Assembly (NCBI GenBank): GCA_005191425.1
Contig: SUPR01000066.1
Coordinates: forward strand, 1 to 20,841
Length of the DNA: 20,841 nucleotides
From: Candidatus Helarchaeota ASGARD archaeon Hel_GB_B
Lineage (GTDB): Archaea > Asgardarchaeota > Lokiarchaeia > Helarchaeales > HEL-GB-B
Direction of reading: 5' to 3'
Both the position numbers and the translations under genes were made by a program. Within the stretch, counting starts at the first letter, position 1. Every line of letters begins with the position of its first letter. The notes beneath the pieces were generated by a model. The model did not search any database. It saw nothing but the letters and a program-made list of their open reading frames with translations, and was not told the DNA's origin. Shown piece by piece: positions 7,683 to 16,997 of the stretch.

Positions 7683-8501
7683 ATGGCTATTTTAGGTATT
7701 TTTATTCAGTCAAAAAATGGAATTCCAGTATATAAAGAAACATGGTCTCCAAAAATAAAAGCGCTTGATGAAGGAGATGAATTATTAATATCCGGGTTTA
7801 TGAGTGCTATAAGTCAATTTGCAAATACATTTAAGCAAGATATAGCTTATATTAGATTTATACCACTTGAGTTTGCAAATGACAAAGGAATAGATTCAAT
7901 TTTGGTAGATTTAAAAGAATATTTAGTATTTGTATTTGTAGACCCATATCAATTTCATGATATGGTAAAAATTAAATTAGATATTATTTACAATCATGTC
8001 CTAAGTAAATATAAAAAGAATTTATCATATGGAAAAACGATTAAATTATCTCAAGATGACAGATCTTTTTGTTCAAAAATATTACATGATTCTTTAATTA
8101 AGGATTATATAAGTCAAAAGAGAATAATGTTAATTGAAACATTAGATTTATTTATAAATAATAACCCCGAAATTAGAGGCATTTCTATCAATTCATTTGA
8201 TAATACAATATTATTTAATTATAATATAGAACGAACTTATTTAGAAAATTTATTATATATGATGGGTAGTGGTATTACAAAAGTATCTGAATATGAAATA
8301 ATTCATAAACCTGTTATTGAAGATGGTGATTCTTTATTGGTTTGTTTAACAAATCCAGCAATTTCTTTTGATTTATCAGAGATAGGAGATAATATTGATT
8401 ATAATGTACCTTTATATTATTATGTTATTACAGATGCAGATTCTTCAATTGGCCCTTTAATTGGAGCTCTAATTGATATTATAAATCCAATTTTTTATTA
8501 A
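7683..8501 (+). CDS. Longin-like domain protein with a second roadblock/longin-like domain
   Basis: N-terminal ILGIFIQSKNGIPVYKETW...DELLISGFMSAISQFA is a longin pattern (beta-beta-helix, LxSGFxSAI). The second half IRGISINSFDNTILFNYN resembles a roadblock/profilin-like start. Confidence 0.65.
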   Translation: MAILGIFIQSKNGIPVYKETWSPKIKALDEGDELLISGFMSAISQFANTFKQDIAYIRFIPLEFANDKGIDSILVDLKEYLVFVFVDPYQFHDMVKIKLDIIYNHVLSKYKKNLSYGKTIKLSQDDRSFCSKILHDSLIKDYISQKRIMLIETLDLFINNNPEIRGISINSFDNTILFNYNIERTYLENLLYMMGSGITKVSEYEIIHKPVIEDGDSLLVCLTNPAISFDLSEIGDNIDYNVPLYYYVITDADSSIGPLIGALIDIINPIFY

Positions 8502-8512
8502 ATTTTTTAGTC

Positions 8513-11500
8513 TTATTTCTTATTATTATCTTGAGATTTTTCGGTCTTTTTTTCTTTTTTTAAAAGATTTTTAGGTTTTTTAGGGATTCTGGGACTACCA
8601 CCTCGAATTTTATCAAATTGAATTTTGTCATTTTTGTCTGTTTGTAATTCAGGACAGTCATTTTACTTATCAATTTTCACAGGACTTGGTGGTGGAGTCT
8701 TAATTTTTATTTTAGTAGTGGGCTCTTCTATTTTTATTTCGATAGGTTTTTCTGAATTTTGTAGATCATTATTTTGATCATTTTTGTTATAGGAATCTTG
8801 TGAATGATAAATTGCTTTAATACCTGTTTCTGTAAGGTTTAGGTCGTTATAATTGTCAATAAATCCGTTGTCAATTAGAAATGTTATATCTAATTTTACT
8901 TTTTCAATTTCCAAATCACAATATGTGGCTATAAGGTCAAATGACTTTAGGCCGTCATTAATGGAATTAAGAATTTTTAATAGTTCTTTATTTAAGACTA
9001 ATGGGACATGTTTTTCGACTAAAGGTTCTCTATGGGAAACAATTGAACTAAATGGAAAAATTGTATTGGTTAATTTATCAATATTCATAAATATATTAAT
9101 GTCTCCAGTCCATGCCAATAATTGGGCTTGGTATTTTGTTTCAAATAAGAAAATAAATTCCTTTAATTTTTTTCTAATAATTGGGAGGTCAGCTTCTGCA
9201 AGAATTGCTTCGATGACTTGATCGCCATATTCAAATATTATTTTTTTGTCCATATGGTCTATTGTTTTCAATTTTTTTTGGCTTGAAGTAAGTTCTTTTA
9301 CCATTCCTCTAATACCCATTAAAGCTGCCGAAACTAGTTGAGAATCCATTTGTATCTTGGTAAGTGCGCGGTCATAAATAGCAACTCCATCATGAGCATG
9401 TATAATATAAAGTCGTTTAATTTTTCGTTCCCAATTTCTAGATTTCAACTTTTGTTCAAATTTATAACCTGCAAATACGGCTATTAATGCAGCACTAATC
9501 CCTAAAAGCCAGCCCCATTGAATATACCAAGGAGTTGCTATAGTTTTTTCAATTATAGTTAGGGGTATAGATAATGTTTGAATGGAATAATTTTCTTTTT
9601 CAATATAAATAACTATAGAATAAGGTTGTGACCTTGGAGGAATATTGAATTGTATGTGAATATAATATCGACCCGGATAACTTTTATCTTCAAGGAAAAA
9701 ACCTTCTCTCCCTAAAAAGAAATATGAGACATTAGCATTTATAATTGGTTTATCGCTTACTTTTTCTTTTAATCAAATTTCTAACTCTATTGTACTTCCA
9801 GAATATTGGACTAATGAATTCGGACTTGTAATGTTAATTTGAAGGGGAATTATTTTTAAAACTATATTTGTGGAAACAAATCCAAAATTATTACTAGAGA
9901 TTACTATATAATAAGTCCCAATTTCTAAGAAAGATGAGTTCAGGGTAAAGTAATAAAAGCCATTTCCCAGCTCAGTTAGGTTATTAATACCAATAGAAAT
10001 TTCATAATAACTTAAAGTTGCACCTAATATTGGTCTGCCATCTGAAAAATTATACGAAACTGTTATATTTATTAAATCCTTAAAAGGAACCTCAAAATAA
10101 GGCTTTAATGAATAGATATATGTTGGGACATTTTGAATTGTAACTGGAATTATTATAGAAGAAAAAGAATAATTTTCCTTAGAGAAATCAAGTATCAAGT
10201 CATATGGGACAACTCTCGGGGAAATTGACGCAGTAATTGAAGTATTATAATGCCCAGGTCTACCATATAATGATAAATCAGTTAAATTACCATTTAATGA
10301 TTGTAAAACATACGAAACGAAAACTCCAGAAACAGGTATATTGTGGTCAGTGTCATTGATATTTATTTCCAATGTAAAATTATTTAAAGTTTCTATAGAG
10401 ATTGCTGTTGGATATTCTATTTTAGTATCAATTTTTCTAATAGTTAGCAAGGCTTGTGTAGAAACAATTCCATATTTTGTGCCACATAAATTGATATAAT
10501 AACTTCCTATGCTTAATTTGCTTGAATTTATTGTAAAATAATACATTCCTGAATTTAATTCTTTTAAATTTCCAGTCCCAATTGTAGGTTCACTGTACGT
10601 CAAATTTGCACTTAGAATAGAGTTACCCATTGAATCATTAAAAATAGCCGTGATATTTATCTGATCTCCGATAGGTATTATAAAGTTGGGCTGAGTCACA
10701 TAAATATATGTTGTCCTTGCGTCTACTTGAAAAATATAGGTAGAATTAATATAATTTTTATGCGTTGCATTTATAATAATTGTATGAACACCTTCAAAAG
10801 GTAAATCTGAAGTTTCTAGATTAATTCCATAATATCCTCCACCCAACGAATTTAATTTTTTAATAACTGGCATATGAGAAGAGTTCGTCCAATTACATTG
10901 TACATCAGCATCTAATACCGGTTTATTACTATCATTATCATTTAATATTATTTCTAAATAAGTTAAGTCCCCAAATTTTTTATAAATAATGTTGTATTTT
11001 GATAAATCTTGAGGATAATTTGGAATTATTTTTAATTTATGGAGTATAGTAAAATTTCCTTCAATGTAACCTGCTTCATTTGATCCCATCCAATTAACTT
11101 CATATTTATAAACACCAATAGTTGAATTTAATCCAGAAATGGTAATGTTAGGAAAAATGCATACTCCATCATTTTTAGGGTTAGTTGAATTAAAAAACCA
11201 GATTTCATTATTAGGGTCTGTAATAGTCAAATTAACTTTATAATTTTCCACATTTTTTGGTATTTCGTTGGTCAAATTTCTAATAGTGGCTATAATATGA
11301 GATGTATTTCCCGGATAAAAAATTAAATTGTTTTCCCATTTATTTCCATTTAAAATTTGACTTGAAGTATTTACGATATAATTTATTGATATTACTTTAA
11401 TAGTCCAATATCCATCAGGAAAATTTGTGAGGTTATTTGTATTAACTTGGAATTTGTTACCATATAAATTACCAAATTGACATAACCCTCTTAAATTATT

Positions 11501-13399
11501 GGTAGAATTTATTGGTTCATATACATCAGTAATATTCCAGTCAATTGGTTTCGAGAAATTAAAGAAATGGTTTTTATATTTTGAAGGGACTTGAATATAA
11601 GGAGTAAATGTCCATGAATTATTTGCATTATTGATGGTATTTACGGTTGGTGTCAATTGGGTATTTTTGTTAATAAATAAATTTAAATCACAATCAAATG
11701 AAATTTCCGCATCCGTAGTAATATTATTAAAGGGATACCAATTAAAGAAGACTTCTATATTTCTAGTAGTTGAATTATAAACAAAATTGTTTGTTTGTAT
11801 AAATATACCTTTTCCAAATTCACCTTTATTCTCATTTGTAATGTTATTTGCTGTAATATTAATTTGAGACGGAAGAGCTTTTGTCTTTAAAAATAAATGA
11901 AAATTATCAATCCAGACTTCCGGACTTGGGTCTGACCCACTATATACGACTGAAGATGTAGATTGCAGACCAATTTTAATATTTGTTAAAGATAAACTTA
12001 GATACTTTGGATTTATTGGAATTAACCCAGTATTATACCAAATATTTTTATCAGAAATTTCATCAAAATGTAAATTAAAAACTTTTTTTAATGAACTTTT
12101 CTGAGAGAATAATTCAACATCAATAGAATCTGAATTTGGATAATATCCTAAATTTCCAAGAGCTTGTATAATTTTTTCTGCAGAATCGGAAGTACCATCA
12201 TCGACCACCAGGATATTTTTTATATTAGAAGGGTCTAAATATTCAAGAGTTCGGTTTAATATTAATGTCCTATTAATTTCGCTTGCAATAGAAGCAAAAT
12301 TTAAAGAATGAAACATAGTTTTGTTTGTTCTCACACCTGCATAGTCGCCAGTATCGAATTTAAGGCAGTTAATACCACCATTGGTCCGGTTAATATTGTC
12401 TATTTCATTAGCATCTATTAAACTCATATTATATATTCCATTATAAGGGTCAGATATTCCACTTATTGATGACTTATCGCTAAATGAAATATATGTGACA
12501 TTAAAATATTGACTGAGCCAATCATCCCAATTTGGGGAGCTAATTGAATCGTATGCTATTGAACTACCAGTCATATAGACTTTTCCACCATTATCAAGAT
12601 AATTTCCAATTTCAGTCTGTTCTTCTAAAGATAAAATATCGGTTAAAGTATCACCAGTTGACCAAATAGCAATATCATCATTTGAAACCAAGGGGTTTCC
12701 ACTCCAATCAGTGGTCCAATAAGAATACGTTTTATTTGGATTTTGAGGACGTGTACTATTAACTGCTACAAAGATATTAAATCCAAGTGATGATAAATCC
12801 CAACTATATGCATTTACCTTATAATCAAAACTTAAATATGCCTCAGAAATATCATCTCTATTTATATTTGTCAGGTTCTGAGAAACATATATTGAGTCTA
12901 ATTTATTATAAGAAGTTTCACCTGATACTGTTTCACTGTCCATTTTCATATATATACAACTTGAATCATCTAGCCCAGTTCCATTGAAACCAATATACCA
13001 AGAATCACCTGTTTTATTATGAAACGTATATAAACTCCAATTATTTGGATATTCAAACCCAGAATCAGTTATCCAATCCCTTTTCTCTTTTAAATTGTAA
13101 ATATTTCCTATTAATAAATAGGGAGTCCAAGATGGTGGAAGTGGGACTCCAGCTTGTCCTATATTTGTTAGTTTAGTCGTATAATTATATGTAATTAATA
13201 AATTAAAAATAGAATCTGTCCTATTTGCATATTCATTAATAGTTATTGGATCTCCTCGAGTAGATAATAAATTATTCTTAACTGAAATCTCATTTGAGAT
13301 ATGCATTGAATCAATTGAATTTATTTCATTAATATAAGTGATTATAAGTATAATTATAAATAGCAAAAATATTAAAATAAAAAACCTTTTTGACTTCAT
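8513..13399 (-). CDS. Receptor-like surface protein (~1628 codons): N-terminal signal/anchor, large ectodomain with Ig-like repeats, TM helix, longin-like domain, winged helix, Pro/Lys-rich tail. Interrupted by in-frame TGA (9773-9775) and probably TAA (8663-8665); may be a pseudogene or contain assembly errors.
   Basis: Track ORFs 9773..13399 and 8663..9448 share a frame, and the intervening 108 codons are open. They complete an Ig-like repeat and encode TM WYIQWGWLLGISAALIAVFAGY. A further 49 open codons follow the TAA, ending at TAA 8513-8515. Confidence 0.75.
9540..10711 (-). repeat. Tandem duplication of a ~196-aa two-domain Ig-like unit
   Basis: TYIY starts at 10711 and 10123 (588-nt period). 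Paired motifs: INITAIF/INITVSY, ELNSGMYYFTINSS/ELGNGFYYFTLNSS, PGHY..PRVVPY..KENYS/PGRY..PRSQPY..KENYS. Confidence 0.85.
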
Positions 13400-13710
13400 A
13401 TTTTTGTCTCACTTGTATTATTATTGAAATTTTATCTGTTTTGTTAATATAATATTTGAAAATTTATTTTCAACTTCAAAATTTAAATAATTATAGATAT
13501 TGGCTTTTTTCACCTATAATCTGTAGTATATTTACTTTACTATAAAAAAATGGAAATATTGATAAAAATCATTATTAAACTATAATAAATAAATGGCTTA
13601 AACATAAAAAAGATAAAAATAATAATAAAAAAATCTTAAAATAATTTAAAAAGATATTTTTTAAAGTTTCTATTTAATTTAAAATTAATAAATCAATATG
13701 AAAAAATATA

Positions 13711-15078
13711 TTAATGTCGTGGAGGAGAATATAGCATTCTTCCAAATAAACGGATTACAAATTTATAGCCTGAAATCTCTTGGATTGCTTGTTCTTGAAT
13801 TTTTTGCGGGTCATTGTTTAATTTAGCTTTCCGCCAGATATTTTCGGACAATTCATTTAATTTATCTTGAAGAGTTTTTACAACTTCTGGATATTTTTCA
13901 ATTAAATTATTAGATTCTTCAATATCATTTTCTCGATCATAAAGTTCGGAAAAAGGAGTACCTCTTAAATATTTGTCATTAATTGTTGTGATAAATTTCC
14001 ATTTAGGAGTGATTAATGCTCTTTTTGAAAGGGCAGTATGTTCCAAAGTTACGATTTGGTCGTGAATTTTTGAAATATTGCCTTTAATCAAGGGTAAAAA
14101 TGATTTTCCGTCCATTATTTGGTCGGTATCTATTCCTGCCCATTCAAGAATTGTAGGGACAATATCCGAGTGCTGAACTAAAGCTGAAATTCTTTTATTT
14201 CTATATTTGTTTCCTATTCTAACTATTAATGGAACTTTAATTGTATCATCAAGCAATAAAAAATGCATAAAGTAAACACCATGTTTGTCCATAATTTCTC
14301 CATGGTCTGAGGTAAAAATTATGAGCGAATCATCATAAAAATCATATTTTTTAAAAGCTTCAAAAAGTCTTCCAAGATTATCGTCTAAATATTTAATTTC
14401 CGAATCATATTGCGCTTTGACCCATTCAATATCAGTTATTTTCGACGAAATCCAAATATTTAATACAAACCACCCAATAAATTCTTTTACAGGTGCCATT
14501 GAATTATTATTTTTATCTTTTTTATTTCCTTTATAAAAAATATTTCTATATTTCTTAGGCGGTAGATATGGAAAATGTGGATCCCAGTAATGAATAAATA
14601 GAAATAAATCGTTAGAATTTGTATTATTTTTCTTATTATAGTTCTTTAACCATTTTATAATTCTATTTGTTAATTGTGTAGCTCCAACAACGGTATAAGA
14701 CGGCGATGTCCCATACCAAAATTTATTTTTAAAGGCAGGATAATTATATTCATCAAAACCTCTTTTAAACCATCTATACATATTGTCGAATGCAACTGTT
14801 TTAAATCCATTATCTCTCAAAATTTGAGCTATATTTTGAATATTTTTCTTTAATTTTATTTTACCTTGATGAGCTATTATTTCATGACTTAAAGGATGCC
14901 TTCCAGTTAAAATTGTTGTAAATGAAGGATGGGTTGCATTATTATTGGCATAAGCATTATCAAAAATTATAGAACTTTTTGCAAATTTATCAATATTTGG
15001 ACTGGTATCTCTGTGCCAGCCATAACAACCTAAATGTTTTGATGAAAGAGTATCAATACAAATCAAAATTATTTTCAT
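13711..15078 (-). CDS. Sulfatase/alkaline-phosphatase superfamily enzyme with Thr at the nucleophile position
   Basis: ICIDTL..HLGCYG...TSPNID, THPSFTTILTG, IHYWDPHFPY, FTSDHGE, VPLI, ELYDRENDIEESNNL. Confidence 0.9.
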   Translation of the reverse strand: MKIILICIDTLSSKHLGCYGWHRDTSPNIDKFAKSSIIFDNAYANNNATHPSFTTILTGRHPLSHEIIAHQGKIKLKKNIQNIAQILRDNGFKTVAFDNMYRWFKRGFDEYNYPAFKNKFWYGTSPSYTVVGATQLTNRIIKWLKNYNKKNNTNSNDLFLFIHYWDPHFPYLPPKKYRNIFYKGNKKDKNNNSMAPVKEFIGWFVLNIWISSKITDIEWVKAQYDSEIKYLDDNLGRLFEAFKKYDFYDDSLIIFTSDHGEIMDKHGVYFMHFLLLDDTIKVPLIVRIGNKYRNKRISALVQHSDIVPTILEWAGIDTDQIMDGKSFLPLIKGNISKIHDQIVTLEHTALSKRALITPKWKFITTINDKYLRGTPFSELYDRENDIEESNNLIEKYPEVVKTLQDKLNELSENIWRKAKLNNDPQKIQEQAIQEISGYKFVIRLFGRMLYSPPRH

Positions 15079-15162
15079 TTAAAATTACCTATAAACTTTT
15101 AGAAATTTTGTAAAAAATAATAATATATAATATAAATAATTTATTATTATGCTTTTTTTTAC

Positions 15163-15966
15163 TCACAGCCTATAGAATTCTATTCGTCTATCTTTTATAA
15201 CATCATTATATTCATTTAATTTCTTATTTCGTGCTAGATTAGGTTCTATTTGGCATGATAATATCTCTTCTTGATTATTTGATGCTTGTTTTAATATTTT
15301 ACCAGTATTGTCGATTATAACACTTCTTCCAATAAATTCCAAATCATCTTCTTTCCCTATTCGATTTGCTAAAATTATAAATATTCTATTCCATTTTGAA
15401 TAATAAGTATCTCCAATATAAGCCCCGTCAGGAATAACTGCATTCATAATATGACAGATTATATCGGCTCCATTTAAAGCTAAAGTTCTAGGTATTTCAG
15501 GAAAAAACCAATCAAAACATATCATAATCCCAACTCTATATCCATTTAATTCAAATATTTGGAGTGGTAAGTTTCCAGGAGTAAAAAACTTTTTTTCTCT
15601 ATAATATAATTGCAATTTTCGATATTTTGTAATAAATCCACTTGGTCCATAAATCACTGCTGTATTATAATATTTTTTCTCCGATTGCTCGTTAATACCT
15701 GCTACAATAAAAACTTTATATCTCCTTGAAAGTTTTTCCAGCAATTTACAGCTTTCAGAATCTGGAATTTTCTCTGAAGTCATCTTCACTTGATCTAAAT
15801 TTTTAAAATTATAACCTGAAAAAGATAATTCGGGTAAAACAATTAATTCTGAATTATTTTCTGATATTGTTTTTGTTATTAAATTTTCAATTTTTTTTCT
15901 ATTAATATTCATATCTAAAAATTCAGGCTCAAATTGAATTGCTGCTATATTTAACATTTTGACCAT
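15163..15966 (-). CDS. Carbon-nitrogen hydrolase (nitrilase family)
   Basis: Glu-Lys-Cys triad in LPELSFSGY, YRKLQL and ICFDWFFPE, plus ANRIG and C-terminal DRRIEFY. Confidence 0.93.
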   Translation of the reverse strand: MVKMLNIAAIQFEPEFLDMNINRKKIENLITKTISENNSELIVLPELSFSGYNFKNLDQVKMTSEKIPDSESCKLLEKLSRRYKVFIVAGINEQSEKKYYNTAVIYGPSGFITKYRKLQLYYREKKFFTPGNLPLQIFELNGYRVGIMICFDWFFPEIPRTLALNGADIICHIMNAVIPDGAYIGDTYYSKWNRIFIILANRIGKEDDLEFIGRSVIIDNTGKILKQASNNQEEILSCQIEPNLARNKKLNEYNDVIKDRRIEFYRL

Positions 15967-16088
15967 TTTTTAATATATAAAATGATTTATTTTTTCATTT
16001 TTTCATACGAAAACATTCTCTTAAATTTTATTCAAATAGAAATAATTAAGGGAAAATCCAATTATAATATTTTTTATTATATAATTGA

Positions 16089-16964
16089 TTATTTAGATAT
16101 CCAACTTTTGGGAAAATAATATGGTTTCCAGTCATCTCTTATTACCATAGTAGTTGCATTCTCAGGACAAGAATTAGCACAAAGCCCACAACCATAACAG
16201 TTCTCTTTAATTACTATACTTTTATTGTCAACTGAAATTCGTGCATGAAATACACACCTTGTTAAGCAAATTCCGCAAATATCGACACCTCTACATTTAT
16301 CAATGTCTACTACGGCGATACTTGGCCCTTTCCTGAGCCCTTGTTTGATATCACGTCCTAACACTGCTTGTAATACAAAGCAAACTGATTTATGACAATT
16401 ACATATATTTATTCCTCCACCATTTAACCCTAAACACCCCAATACCATGTGTACTAATCCCTTTTTATCGAAATAATCTAATTTCTGGAATAATTCAGAT
16501 TTCGTAATAAATTTATTATTTGAAGTTTCTTGAAAATTCCTTTTATTCATTGTCAAGAGTACATCAGTTACATTTGGTAATTTTTTACTATATTTACCTT
16601 GAGCATCTCTACATGGACATGGTCGTATTAAAAATTTGGGACTTTCATCTGTTAGATTAAAATATTTCTCACTTATATGATCCAAAATTCTCTTAAGCTC
16701 GTCTAATGTAAAAATTACTGGTCTAACACCATTCGCTGCAAAATAAGCTACTATCTCAGGAATAAAACGTATCAGTCTATTACGATATAGAAAATTAGTT
16801 TTTAATAGAACAAACATAAGTTTCATATAATACATTTCAAATCTGGAAATTAGTCTTATTAAAAAAGGAAATGGTAATTTATAAGAATATCTTAAGTGAA
16901 ATAGATGTAAGAAAGGAACTAAAACTAATGATAACCAGATTAAATTTGATATTAATAACATCAT
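16089..16964 (-). CDS. 4Fe-4S dicluster (ferredoxin-like) protein with hydrophobic N-terminus
   Basis: RPCPCR, ICNCHKSVC, CRGVDICGICLTRC and CYGCGLCANSCP. The start is uncertain. Confidence 0.85.
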   Translation of the reverse strand: MMLLISNLIWLSLVLVPFLHLFHLRYSYKLPFPFLIRLISRFEMYYMKLMFVLLKTNFLYRNRLIRFIPEIVAYFAANGVRPVIFTLDELKRILDHISEKYFNLTDESPKFLIRPCPCRDAQGKYSKKLPNVTDVLLTMNKRNFQETSNNKFITKSELFQKLDYFDKKGLVHMVLGCLGLNGGGINICNCHKSVCFVLQAVLGRDIKQGLRKGPSIAVVDIDKCRGVDICGICLTRCVFHARISVDNKSIVIKENCYGCGLCANSCPENATTMVIRDDWKPYYFPKSWISK

Positions 16965-16997
16965 CTTTTTTGTCCATCTAATTACTTATTTAAAAAA

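Noticed and set aside
8853-12987. Plus-strand ORFs 8853-9221 and 12787-12987
   Set aside because: Antisense shadows of the large receptor-like gene.
15070-15165. UGA=Trp genetic code (extending the nitrilase past its TGA)
   Set aside because: The nitrilase already ends at the family-typical DRRxEFY. The ~30-codon extension is AT-rich spacer running into the next gene's start region, and Trp is otherwise TGG.
16962-16977. Possible 1-nt indel at the 4Fe-4S gene start (ATG 16977 plus A6 run would give MDKKMML)
   Set aside because: The downstream ATG at 16964 gives a complete protein, so this cannot be decided without reads or homologs.
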